The notes under the pieces were generated by a model. It searched no databases. It saw nothing but the letters and a program-made list of their open reading frames with translations, and was not told the DNA's origin. Made by a program: the position numbers and the translations under genes. A DNA stretch of 63,993 nucleotides, filler included, from Octopus bimaculoides (Eukaryota): NCBI RefSeq assembly GCF_001194135.2. It is 4 parts of 3 records of this genome, joined end to end, with 100 filler letters (N's around TTAATTAATTAA, not from the genome) between each part and the next. Parts side by side here need not be neighbours in the genome. Positions count along the whole stretch, not along the records: positions 1 to 29,491 come from NC_068986.1; 3 more parts are not named here. One strand, written 5' to 3'. How positions within the stretch are numbered: the stretch's first letter is position 1; each line of letters starts with the position of its first letter. Of the stretch, positions 1 to 12,960 are shown one piece after another.

Positions 1-59
<59 letters not shown>

Positions 60-553
60 ACACATACACACAAAGAAAAAATATGACACTAGTGTCCGGT
101 AGATGGATAACATTTTTGAAGTAGCTTGTTGCCAAAAGATCAAATTCATAGGGGTGAACAATCTTCCATGCCTTTAGGCGATTGTGCAAGAAATAAAGAC
201 TATATCCACAGCAGAGGAGAACCAGCTCGGGTAACGATACAACGACAACTGCAACAACAAAATCACCTCAAAACCAGAACAAAAAATATGAACAATAATA
301 AAAATGCAGACCTTTTGGTCTCCTCTCCCTCTTCCCCTACGAAGGAAGAGATGAAATTACAGTTAAATATGACATTAATTCGTATAATTAAAGCATTTGA
401 AATGTGTGGGTGGAGATGAGGAAGGGTAGGAGGCAATGTGTGTGTGTATGGAATAAAAATTTGTGAGAATGAGAAGGAGAGTGTATGTGTGAGAAAGTGA
501 ATGAGAAGATATATTGTCGAGAGACGAGGAGAAGGGAAAAGAAAATGTAAGAC

Positions 554-557
<4 letters not shown>

Positions 558-632
<75 letters not shown>
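558..632. repeat. (GA)n microsatellite
   Basis: Perfect dinucleotide run. Confidence 0.98.
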
Positions 633-634
<2 letters not shown>

Positions 635-982
635 CAAACAGACAGGCAAGCAGGCAGATAGATAGACAGATAGATAAATAAATAGGCAGGTTCGAAGGTA
701 GATAGACAGAGTGGAACAGAGGGAGAGAAGATGAGACACAGGGAGAGAGGGAGGTGAGAGAGAGAGGAAGAGGGAGATAAAGAAGGGGTGGAGAAAAGAG
801 AGGACAGCTAATACTAAAATGTTCAAACATGAAATAATTGTGGATCATTATTAACGTCCTCCTCCTCCCCTTCTTCCTCCTTCTTCTCTTTCTCCCCTCG
901 TCCTTCTCCCCTCCTCCTTCTCCTCGTCCTCGTCCTCCTCCTCATCATCAACACAACAAGAACAACGCCAGCAACAACAACA

Positions 983-1190
983 GGGTTTCACAAACTCGTT
1001 AGACTCGGACAGAAATACTTCGAGACATTTGGCTCGGCTCTTTGCGCTGTGAGTTCAAATCGCTCCGAGATTAACGTTGACTTTCATCCCTATCGGGGAC
1101 GGAAAGGTACGCGACAAGTTACCGGGGTCGATTGAATTGATTAACCCCCAACCCTAAATTTCAGGGCTCGTGCCAATATTAGAAACAATT
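983..1190 (+). mobile_element. tRNA-derived SINE, family A (degenerate)
   Basis: B-box-like GAGTTCAAATC followed by ctttcatccctatcgggg...ccggggtcgattgaattga, homologous to the other family A copies in the window. Confidence 0.75.
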
Positions 1191-2099
1191 ACTGTTANNN
1201 NNNNNNNNNNNNNNNNNNNNNNNNNNNNNNNNNNNNNNNNNNNNNNNNNNNNNNNNNNNNNNNNNNNNNNNNNNNNNNNNNNNNNNNNNNNNNNNNNNNN
1301 NNNNNNNNNNNNNNNNNNNNNNNNNNNNNNNNNNNNNNNNNNNNNNNNNNNNNNNNNNNNNNNNNNNNNNNNNNNNNNNNNNNNNNNNNNNNNNNNNNNN
1401 NNNNNNNNNNNNNNNNNNNNNNNNNNNNNNNNNNNNNNNNNNNNNNNNNNNNNNNNNNNNNNNNNNNNNNNNNNNNNNNNNNNNNNNNNNNNNNNNNNNN
1501 NNNNNNNNNNNNNNNNNNNNNNNNNNNNNNNNNNNNNNNNNNNNNNNNNNNNNNNNNNNNNNNNNNNNNNNNNNNNNNNNNNNNNNNNNNNNNNNNNNNN
1601 NNNNNNNNNNNNNNNNNNNNNNNNNNNNNNNNNNNNNNNNNNNNNNNNNNNNNNNNNNNNNNNNNNNNNNNNNNNNNNNNNNNNNNNNNNNNNNNNNNNN
1701 NNNNNNNNNNNNNNNNNNNNNNNNNNNNNNNNNNNNNNNNNNNNNNNNNNNNNNNNNNNNNNNNNNNNNNNNNNNNNNNNNNNNNNNNNNNNNNNNNNNN
1801 NNNNNNNNNNNNNNNNNNNNNNNNNNNNNNNNNNNNNNNNNNNNNNNNNNNNNNNNNNNNNNNNNNNNNNNNNNNNNNNNNNNNNNNNNNNNNNNNNNNN
1901 NNNNNNNNNNNNNNNNNNNNNNNNNNNNNNNNNNNNNNNNNNNNNNNNNNNNNNNNNNNNNNNNNNNNNNNNNNNNNNNNNNNNNNNNNNNNNNNNNNNN
2001 NNNNNNNNNNNNNNNNNNNNNNNNNNNNNNNNNNNNNNNNNNNNNNNNNNNNNNNNNNNNNNNNNNNNNNNNNNNNNNNNNNNNNNNNNNNNNNNNNNN

Positions 2100-2142
<43 letters not shown>

Positions 2143-2602
2143 CGTGTCTGTCTGTGAAGAAGTGAAGAATTGAAGACGTGAAGATTTGAAGTGGCGTTGA
2201 TTACAACCATGATCCCTGCTCCTGCAAGCAACCTCTCACGTTACAGATTTTTCTTTATTTATAAATTTCATGTGGCAATCCATAATTTTTTTCTTTTCTT
2301 TCTTTTATTCCTTTTGTTTATTTCTTCCAGTTTGATGTATCGCTTCTGAAGTTGTGGCGCCGTGACACTGAATAGAGCTGTGATACTGTAAAAATTGTTT
2401 GGAGCTGTGGCACTGGGGGATATAATATGGCATTGTGACACTGCGAGGCCATGACACTAAGATATTACGTGACACAGTAACGCTGTATAGTGTTGTTGTC
2501 TTTGTGGAAACTTGTTAAGATTCCTTTTGGTAATTTTAATGGTTTAATTTCTAAATTGAACTAGTTAAATTTTAGGTTAACTTTATGTTTCTTTGTACTA
2601 TA

Positions 2603-2803
2603 GGCACAAGGTCTGAAATTTTGGGGGAGCGGGCTAGCCAATTACACCGACTCCAGTGTTTGACTGGTGCTTATTTTATCGACTCCGAGAGGATGAAAAG
2701 CAAAGTCGACCTCGGCGAAATTTGAACTTGGAACATAAAGATGGTCGAAATGTTAAACGGCATTTCATACGGTGTGCTAACGATTCTGTCAGCTCGCCAC
2801 CTT
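2603..2803 (-). mobile_element. tRNA-derived SINE, family A (near full length)
   Basis: Reverse complement reads aaggtggcgagctgacagaatcgttagcac...gttcaaatttcgccgaggtcgactttgcttttcatcc; A and B boxes visible. Confidence 0.9.
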
Positions 2804-4672
2804 AGTCTACTTTATAATATCACCAACGAATTTTTCAGACGCTATTTAATTTATATAATATTTATAAATACGCAAACTGCCATTTTCCTAACATGACACA
2901 TTTTCCAAATAGTGTCATAACTTCTTAACGGAAGTTATGACACTATTTACCTTTTCAAAAAATCATAAATAATAATGCACGTGTCCCTGAGTCACATGTA
3001 TAAGGGTGAGAATATACTGTTTATCACCAACCAGTATTTTTGCTGAGGCACCACCTCAGCACCTAACTGTGAGTCAACTGTGCTCCGTCACATGTCAACC
3101 TGGTGCCTTAATAGTTTTCATTGAAGATCCAAGACTTTAGGCAGGCGACATTAGCAGAACCTGCCAGTCGGATGAATAAAGGACAAATTAGTTTCCATTT
3201 CATTCTTCGGCGACCTCCGTCAGTTTAGGGAAAATTTGCAAGCTCTCGTATCCGGATCTTCCGCCAATCATATGATATGCTCTTTGTAACATGATCTTTG
3301 CTCCATAATTATTACTCCGTGATCCTTGTTCCTTTATTCTTGACCTAAGATGATCCTTGCTCCCGAAAGCAACTTTAATAAATTGCATATGCACAGCGTC
3401 GATGTATATCAGTATTATTTCTGAAGCTCTAACGTCATGACACTGGATGCAATTGTAACGCTGTGATACTGTGCTTGTGACATCGTGACTATGCAACTGT
3501 GACGCTGCGACTGTGCATTTATGTGACTATTCGAGCATGTAAAACTATGACACCCTAATACAACAGTAACTGTGGCTCTAAGAATTTGTGTATCTAAGAT
3601 GTTGTGACATTGTGTCGAACTGCGCTGTTAGGAGGCTGTGACAGAGTGAAGTAGCAAAGATCGATGGAGCTATGAGAATACAGAAATTTGTGACAAGTTT
3701 ATTTGGTTTTCTTGAGGTAATTATTCGTAGATTTTGCTCACAGTTTGAACAGAATTTAAGATTTAACTCCATAAATGAATTTCACAGAAGACATGAATGT
3801 CTAAATTTTTAATTTAACATCCTTTTGTACTATAAAACCTTCAAGTAATTATAATAGGGAAGCGGCATTTATTTGGTTGTATGATGTATGCATTGTATAT
3901 ATATACATTGTATATATATATATANNNNNNNNNNNNNNNNNNNNNNNNNNNNNNNNNNNNNNNNNNNNNNNNNNNNNNNNNNNNNNNNNNNNNNNNNNNN
4001 NNNNNNNNNNNNNNNNNNNNNNNNNNNNNNNNNNNNNNNNNNNNNNNNNNNNNNNNNNNNNNNNNNNNNNNNNNNNNNNNNNNNNNNNNNNNNNNNNNNN
4101 NNNNNNNNNNNNNNNNNNNNNNNNNNNNNNNNNNNNNNNNNNNNNNNNNNNNNNNNNNNNNNNNNNNNNNNNNNNNNNNNNNNNNNNNNNNNNNNNNNNN
4201 NNNNNNNNNNNNNNNNNNNNNNNNNNNNNNNNNNNNNNNNNNNNNNNNNNNNNNNNNNNNNNNNNNNNNNNNNNNNNNNNNNNNNNNNNNNNNNNNNNNN
4301 NNNNNNNNNNNNNNNNNNNNNNNNNNNNNNNNNNNNNNNNNNNNNNNNNNNNNNNNNNNNNNNNNNNNNNNNNNNNNNNNNNNNNNNNNNNNNNNNNNNN
4401 NNNNNNNNNNNNNNNNNNNNNNNNNNNNNNNNNNNNNNNNNNNNNNNNNNNNNNNNNNNNNNNNNNNNNNNNNNNNNNNNNNNNNNNNNNNNNNNNNNNN
4501 NNNNNNNNNNNNNNNNNNNNNNNNNNNNNNNNNNNNNNNNNNNNNNNNNNNNNNNNNNNNNNNNNNNNNNNNNNNNNNNNNNNNNNNNNNNNNNNNNNNN
4601 NNNNNNNNNNNNNNNNNNNNNNNNNNNNNNNNNNNNNNNNNNNNNNNNNNNNNNNNNNNNNNNNNNNNNNNN

Positions 4673-4712
<40 letters not shown>

Positions 4713-5318
4713 GGTGAGTAACAAAGCGGTACAGGGGTCAATTCATTACGGCCGTTTCTGACGACTGATTAATGAGAACACTACGTCATTACAAAGAAAC
4801 CGTTTACATCTGATGAATTTATGATTTTCAAACGTAAAGGACAGTTCAACTTATTCAACATTGTTAACAAATTCTCGGAGTAAAAATATTTACATTGATC
4901 CTGCTACCATTCAGTTGGTAGACGCATATATATACATATATGATTCAGTTTTGTGTATTTTATAGAAACCTTAATATAAAGAGAATACAAAGAAATTAAA
5001 AGATTTAAAAAAAAAAAAATTATTAAAATGTGCTTCTGTCTGTTTTATCGTTGGTTTGATAAATAGTGTTTCACTTGAACCATCCTAACTTAAGCTTAAA
5101 TTACATTTACATACGTACTCACATATACATATATACATGCTCATATACATGCTCATATACATGAGCATGTATATGTAAATATAAGCATATGCATACATCC
5201 ATATGTTCAATATATATGTATAAAATGAACACACTCACGGACGTACATATTGATATATATATATATAAGAATTCTGTATCTTGCCCCTCCTCTCCTTCTG
5301 CTTCTCACCCACCTCTCA

Positions 5319-5350
<32 letters not shown>

Positions 5351-6136
5351 NNNNNNNNNNNNNNNNNNNNNNNNNNNNNNNNNNNNNNNNNNNNNNNNNN
5401 NNNNNNNNNNNNNNNNNNNNNNNNNNNNNNNNNNNNNNNNNNNNNNNNNNNNNNNNNNNNNNNNNNNNNNNNNNNNNNNNNNNNNNNNNNNNNNNNNNNN
5501 NNNNNNNNNNNNNNNNNNNNNNNNNNNNNNNNNNNNNNNNNNNNNNNNNNNNNNNNNNNNNNNNNNNNNNNNNNNNNNNNNNNNNNNNNNNNNNNNNNNN
5601 NNNNNNNNNNNNNNNNNNNNNNNNNNNNNNNNNNNNNNNNNNNNNNNNNNNNNNNNNNNNNNNNNNNNNNNNNNNNNNNNNNNNNNNNNNNNNNNNNNNN
5701 NNNNNNNNNNNNNNNNNNNNNNNNNNNNNNNNNNNNNNNNNNNNNNNNNNNNNNNNNNNNNNNNNNNNNNNNNNNNNNNNNNNNNNNNNNNNNNNNNNNN
5801 NNNNNNNNNNNNNNNNNNNNNNNNNNNNNNNNNNNNNNNNNNNNNNNNNNNNNNNNNNNNNNNNNNNNNNNNNNNNNNNNNNNNNNNNNNNNNNNNNNNN
5901 NNNNNNNNNNNNNNNNNNNNNNNNNNNNNNNNNNNNNNNNNNNNNNNNNNNNNNNNNNNNNNNNNNNNNNNNNNNNNNNNNNNNNNNNNNNNNNNNNNNN
6001 NNNNNNNNNNNNNNNNNNNNNNNNNNNNNNNNNNNNNNNNNNNNNNNNNNNNNNNNNNNNNNNNNNNNNNNNNNNNNNNNNNNNNNNNNNNNNNNNNNNN
6101 NNNNNNNNNNNNNNNNNNNNNNNNNNNNNNNNNNNN

Positions 6137-6192
<56 letters not shown>

Positions 6193-6353
6193 AATCATTT
6201 TGTTAAATTTCCAGAAAAAAATGTATAGTGTATACAAATAGAAAAATATTTAGACGATTAGAACACACACACACACACACACACACATACAAGCATATAT
6301 ATAAAACAACTACAACAAAGACGGTGACGAGGACCATGATTATAGTGCTGATG

Positions 6354-6407
<54 letters not shown>

Positions 6408-6862
6408 TTAATAATAAGAAATGGTTTTTCTTTTAAATACAATATTATTTTGAATTATATCTCGCCAAATATTCCTGTCCTACAGAATACATAAATATAA
6501 AAAGAAAATACACACAATATATTTAATATATATGTGTTTTATATCCTTCGTATAAGTGCATGCGTATATGGATATCTATGTGAGTAGATGTGTGTATATA
6601 GATATGTGTTTGTGTGTGTGTGTTTGTATGTGTGCGTGCGTGCGTGCGCGTGTGCTTATGCGTACATGCACGTTTCCTGGTTCTTGTGTCGACATCGTTT
6701 GTGTATGTGTGTGAATTTATATGTGGAATATATTGCATAAGCGTTTGCTCATTTCTGTTCTTAAGGATAATTGCAAATGGTATACATACATACATACATA
6801 CATACATCTACACATACATACATGCAAACATACATATATACATACATACATACATATATACA

Positions 6863-6914
<52 letters not shown>

Positions 6915-8456
6915 TATGCTTATCCCCAAACTTTAAGTACCACGGAATTTAAATCAAACTGTTTTGATCCACGCATGTAACTCCTAATAAATGTGTCGAG
7001 TGCTCTTCTTTCGTTTGCCCACTCACTCGTAAAGATACACACGCGCGCACGCACGCACACGCACACAAACATATATATTTTTAATGTCATGAAAATTTAG
7101 GAACTTCGAGAGGACATGAAATATTTACTTTTTGGGAACGGTGAAAATCTAAGCAGAATAAGATAATAATAGCGTGTAAATATCAGGTTGAAAATCTCTT
7201 TAGATAGAAGAAGTTGAAGGGTTATATATGTACGTGCATGCACGCACGTATGAATGAATGCATACAAGTATGCATGTACACATGTACGCATATAAGAATG
7301 CACAAACGGTTGCCGACTTAGGCATCATTGCATATATTATCCTTTAAACTTATATGTTAAACTTTTAAAATGTTTTGCATATTTCGACAGTGTTTTCGGT
7401 ATTTTGTATCTTGTAGCCTCTTGATTAATCGTGTTCTTTGATTTCTGAAATATAGGTCATCAAAATTGGTACTGAAGCTGTTCGTCAAGTTATCAAGTGC
7501 TTTAATATCCATAGGTAGAAATTGTAATCTATAGTCACTGTTTCTCATCGGATCCACATAAATGCTGCCCTTTTCACTAATCTATAACATTATGTCAACA
7601 CTTGCTAGGTAACTGCTTTCAACTGATATGCCCTGATCATTATGTCAGGTCTATTAATCTAGTTTTTCTTATAGAAGCCTTGACAGGAAAATTTCACTGG
7701 CATTTCATATTAAGTGCGACTATGTCTTCCACACATCTGCAGTACCTTATATTTTTGCAAGTGTGAATAGGTGTGGATGTATATATTTATGTATGTGTAT
7801 GTATATTGGAATATCCTCAGTTATTCCTACTTGAGAAAAACTTTGGCGGAGAGGCAGGCCGACTAAATAGATAAATAACCCATGTCTAAAATTTCGCATG
7901 AATTCATCGTATATTAGAAATATAAACTGACCCCGGAAACTTTATCTTTTTTAATTTGGAGGTGCCTTGTATTTATAAATTGATTAATGAGCAAGGTGTC
8001 TTAAATTTTAGGACCTATAAAAAGAAAAATATAGTCGTTGATGATGATGTTTTTGTTCAGACCTATGAGAAAGTTGTTCCAATTGTTACTATTTCATCAT
8101 ATTTTCGTGTATTCTTCATTTAGGGCTACACTATCAAATATATCTTAGCTTTTATTTATTTATTTGTTTGTTTATTTATCTACTTTTTGTGTATATTTTT
8201 GAAAGACAACCGAGTGTGATTTAAGAGAGAACTGGCCACTATTTTTTGCTTTTCGAATCACTGTAGAGAGCTTTCCTTCGGGGGCTAGAAGTCCTATTTT
8301 AAAGTATGTTAACGATTTTTCTTGAAATAGAGTTTTCTTCACTTAGTAGGACAAAGTCCTCCTCCTCCTCCTCCTCCTCCTCCTACTCCTCCTCCTNNNN
8401 NNNNNNNNNNNNNNNNNNNNNNNNNNNNNNNNNNNNNNNNNNNNNNNNNNNNNNNN

Positions 8457-8498
<42 letters not shown>

Positions 8499-8755
8499 AA
8501 ATGTTTTATTCTTCTGACTTATATGTGAATTAGCTCTATTCCTTCAGAGTGTTTTAAGTTCGAATTCTTCAAGATAAATAAATACATAAATAAAAAAATA
8601 GATAAATAAATAAGTAGCTACATAAGTGATATTAGCAAGTAATTAATGAAAAGAAATAATCAGTTATAATAATTGCTTATTTAGTTATGAATTCATTAAC
8701 AAAAAGCGTTCACACTCAATTCGATTTGTTTCAAAAAATAATTTTCAAAATTTAT

Positions 8756-8799
<44 letters not shown>

Positions 8800-9076
8800 T
8801 ATATATTATCTTTGACAACATCGTTAAGGATGTTTTTGGCATTTATTCAAGTAGTAATAACGAGTCGATATGACAAATTACATACGTTAAGTTATAAAAT
8901 AGGATACGTTATGTAATATGGTTAATTAATTATATGTTATTTTAATGTCTGTATATATACATATATTTAAGAAATGTTTTTATACGAAACCACTGATGTA
9001 CTTGATACACGTTACTATTGAAAGTGTGTAATGCTAGTCTATATACAAATACACACGCACATGGGCGGGTACACAA

Positions 9077-9107
<31 letters not shown>

Positions 9108-9269
9108 CGCACACACACACACGTACATATGCATGTGCGTGCATGATTATATACGCATGGGTGCATACACACACACACATATCTTTCGTGTCCTACGACC
9201 AAATAAAGAGCTAAATAAAGTGTAGGGGTTACAGACGGAATTGACATTCACTAAAAGAGTTAAACAAAA

Positions 9270-9606
9270 TATTTCGAAAATTGAACCAGACGGCATTCAC
9301 TAAAAGACTTAAGGGTATGACTGACCTTCACTCCAGCGCCGCTGTGAGCGATACATCATATGCACGATGTGGAGAAAATACCACCATCATTGCCCATACA
9401 ACCTCAAGATTAGTTTCAGAATTCATCCAAGGCTAAGACCACGGCCCATACGTCTCCTGCAACACAATTCTTTTTCCTCGACAGGCCCTGCCCTATTTAA
9501 CATTGTCTCGAAACAGATGAAAGAGAAAAAGAATCCCATCACTTTTAAACGGAATATGGACAAATTTCTTCAGGGAATACCAGATAAGTTACCTATACCT
9601 GGATAC
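9270..9606 (+). mobile_element. CR1-group LINE, ORF2 C-terminal remnant
   Basis: Translates LQRRCERYIICTMWRK...HNSFSSTGPALFNIVSKQ...FKRNMDKFLQGIPDKLPIPGY, matching the SLQRRRERY / GPxLFNxLP / FKxxLDxFLxxIPDxP pattern at the end of CR1-like ORF2. Exact clade not determined. Confidence 0.85.
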
Positions 9607-10364
9607 ATATATATATTGTTATATTTAGTAATGGTCATCTTTTATTTTTGCCACTTAATAACAATCACTATACACTCGTTCTTCAGTTCAGCTTTGTTAT
9701 TATTCTTATTTTAGTGTCCTTTGTCTAGAAATCTTTCGTCACATCCTGTGACCTCTTCAGTGTCTCTCTATCCCACGTGTCTCCTCCTGTTTTGTTTAGT
9801 CTACTTCAGGATTCTTGCAAAACAAATACATAAATATATGCGTGTGTGCGCGCGTGTGCGCGTGTGTGCGTGTTTGCGTGCGTGTGTGTGTATGTGTGTG
9901 TGCATTCATATGCATAAACGCATATATGTAAAATTTCTATAAAACACATACTATCTATGTATATACCTATCAATACCTACCAATCTATCTTTCTTTTTTT
10001 TTTTTGTATATATTCCATCTAATACTATATTACGTCTTTTCATAGATATACGATCAATCTTGCTCTTGAAAGCAAAGCAATTGGCTTTCCCTCAAGTTTT
10101 GTCTCTCCCTTTGAGCAGGAAAAGTCATCAAGCAAACACGTTTCTAGTTTTGCTTGTCTTTCATTCTAGAAAGATTATCTACATTCTCTTCAGAGAAATA
10201 TTAATAGCTTATGGATATTTTATGTATAAACACCTATAACGTTTGTGGTTTTCTTAACCCTAAGTAAACCAATGATCAACTGACTGTTGGAAACCTGTAA
10301 CCTAGATGCTATTTTGCGCAAGTTCCATTAAAAAAAAAACAATAATGATGACAACAACAACAAT

Positions 10365-10685
10365 AAACATGAAGAAAGAGAAAAGGTCGACAAATATGGA
10401 GACCTGAAAATTGAGATCGCCAAGATATTGCTACTGCGAGAGTCAAACATAAAGGTTGTTCCTGTTGTTATCGGAGCATTGTGTTGAATACCAGCCAACC
10501 TGAAGAAACATCTGAATACTTTAGAAATATCCTACAATCTTGGTGTATCGCAAAAACTGACTTTACTTGGAACTCCACGCATACTGCATACTACGTAAAG
10601 AACTGTCTGAAGACCTTGTTGTGACTTGCCAGACAATACAAACTCCCGTACATACAATATCCTCAATCAACATCAGAATAATCCT
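10365..10685 (+). mobile_element. R4/Dong-type (RLE) non-LTR retrotransposon 3' end
   Basis: Translates VDKYGDLKIEIAK...KVVPVVIGALC*IPANLKKHLNTLEI...QKLTLLGTPRIL, the EKxxKYxDL / VVPVVIGALG / QKxxLLGTARIL end of the restriction-like endonuclease domain; one in-frame stop. Confidence 0.85.
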
Positions 10686-10695
10686 TTCTACTGGA

Positions 10696-10813
10696 GGCAC
10701 AAGGCTTCAAATTTGTGGGGTGGAGACTAATCAATTGTATCGACCCCAGTGAAACACTGGTACTTAATTTATCGACCCCGAAAGGATGAAAGGCAAAGTC
10801 GACCTCAGTGGAA
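10696..10813 (-). mobile_element. SINE family A, 5'-truncated
   Basis: actggtacttaatttatcgaccccgaaaggatgaaaggcaaagtcgacctc closely matches the 2603 copy. Confidence 0.9.
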
Positions 10814-10899
10814 TCTACATCGCAATAATGGATACGGTGCGACGTCTTCAATAAGAGTAATAACAACAATGGTAATAACTAGTTCTCCTTTAGACAAAA

Positions 10900-11092
10900 G
10901 CAAGCAATTTCGAAGGTAGGAATCTAGACGAGTACATGGACTCCAGTCCCTGACCGTTATTTTATTTTATCGACAGCGCAAGGATTAGAGGAAAAGTTGA
11001 CTTCAGTGGGATTTTGAAATTAGAACATAAAACTCCAAGTGAAATATCCCAGCCCTTTCTGTCTAGCTCTGTGACGATTCTACCAATCCAAA
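10900..11092 (-). mobile_element. SINE family A, old copy
   Basis: Decayed match across the body (ttattttatcgacagcgcaaggattagaggaaaagttgacttc...gacgattctacc). Confidence 0.7.
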
Positions 11093-11857
11093 GTCTTAAG
11101 CGATTTCGTCTATTACTTGACAATTCTGTCGAAATCATTGCCCTCAGAAGCTTATAGCATATCGATTGTACTGATGCGGACATGTTGAAGAAATCTCAAA
11201 TTAGAAGCGTTGCAATTACAAGAATGCCGGGAATGTTGATAATGGTGTGGGAAAGTGATGGTGGGGATAGTAACCAGCCATGATCAGCGTATCATTTATT
11301 CTTCTGCGCAGGGAACATTGTACCACTATCCAATGTGTCTTCTTTGAAACCGGCACATTTGGCTGCCATTTCTAGGAGGGAAAGCAACCACGTACCGCCT
11401 CAGAATTTGCTGCCAGCGGTTGTTGTTTTCGCTCATGTCGTCGTTGTTGTTGTTGCCGTGTAGTGGGATAGTGGTGGTGGTGGTGGTGGTGGTGGTGTCA
11501 TTGTTGTTGTTGCTGCTCCTGTTGTTGTTGTTGCTGGTGATGGTGGTGTTAGTAATGGCGTCACCGATGATAGTGATGTTAACGATGATGGTGTTGCTAT
11601 GCAAAGAGGAAGATAGTTTAAAAGCAGTTAGTCGGTTGATCAGTTAATTACAAAGTGGATGCTAGCCGTTCTTAGGAACGAAAAGCGTAATTAAGGCAAG
11701 TAAGTGTTTAATTGAATAGAGCTGTAAATAGCTGAGATAATGGCTTGTAACATCGAGACGAGGAGAGAGAGAGCATTTGACTGTGCAAGAGTGATTGGGT
11801 TGTGTTTTAGTGAACGGCATATACATGTAAAGATGAATGCAAATACATACATACTTT

Positions 11858-11899
<42 letters not shown>

Positions 11900-12645
11900 T
11901 ATTAGCATGTACATATACACACATATTCATGTACGTTTGTATATATGTGTGTGCGTGTGTGNNNNNNNNNNNNNNNNNNNNNNNNNNNNNNNNNNNNNNN
12001 NNNNNNNNNNNNNNNNNNNNNNNNNNNNNNNNNNNNNNNNNNNNNNNNNNNNNNNNNNNNNNNNNNNNNNNNNNNNNNNNNNNNNNNNNNNNNNNNNNNN
12101 NNNNNNNNNNNNNNNNNNNNNNNNNNNNNNNNNNNNNNNNNNNNNNNNNNNNNNNNNNNNNNNNNNNNNNNNNNNNNNNNNNNNNNNNNNNNNNNNNNNN
12201 NNNNNNNNNNNNNNNNNNNNNNNNNNNNNNNNNNNNNNNNNNNNNNNNNNNNNNNNNNNNNNNNNNNNNNNNNNNNNNNNNNNNNNNNNNNNNNNNNNNN
12301 NNNNNNNNNNNNNNNNNNNNNNNNNNNNNNNNNNNNNNNNNNNNNNNNNNNNNNNNNNNNNNNNNNNNNNNNNNNNNNNNNNNNNNNNNNNNNNNNNNNN
12401 NNNNNNNNNNNNNNNNNNNNNNNNATATATATATATATATATATATATATATACGTATGCATGTATAGTTAGATATAGATATATATGCATGCATTTGTGC
12501 ACACACACAGCTATATACCTTTAGGCAGTTCTTGTTTTGTAATTTCTTTTACGATGTTTGTTCAAAAATGCAGGTTAGAGAACGTCAATGTTCGTTGTTA
12601 TTTGGTTTTGGTTGTGTGAAATCTCACTGTGTGTCTTTCTGTCTG

Positions 12646-12677
<32 letters not shown>

Positions 12678-12687
12678 TGTATGTATG

Positions 12688-12734
<47 letters not shown>

Positions 12735-12960
12735 ATATATATATATATATTGNNNNNNNNNNTATATATTATTTTGTTTAAAAGAGTTCCAACACTGTCT
12801 GTTTTTTATGTTTTATTTATATTCCTGTAGAACCAATGTGGGGTTATATATATATGTATGCATACATATATAGTTTCGTGTATGTGAGTGTGTTTCTGTT
12901 AGTATGTATGTGCTTATATCCCAGTTAACTTGTAGGGCATCACGTATGTAGTTTTACATA

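Noticed and set aside
126-419. 97-aa ORF and a minus-strand exon alternative (acceptor at 249)
   Set aside because: No motif, and the only donor lies inside the (CA)n run.
4758-4830. CTGACGA and CTGATGA hammerhead cores (also at 27082, 38136, 54696)
   Set aside because: No stem II closing onto a GAAA.
11312-11391. Exon-like segment NIVPLSNVSSLKPAHLAAISRRESNH (similar cases at 2331, 16366, 23558, 29986-30031)
   Set aside because: One splice site is weak or missing in each case, and none of the peptides is recognisable; T-rich tracts produce many decoy acceptors in this genome.
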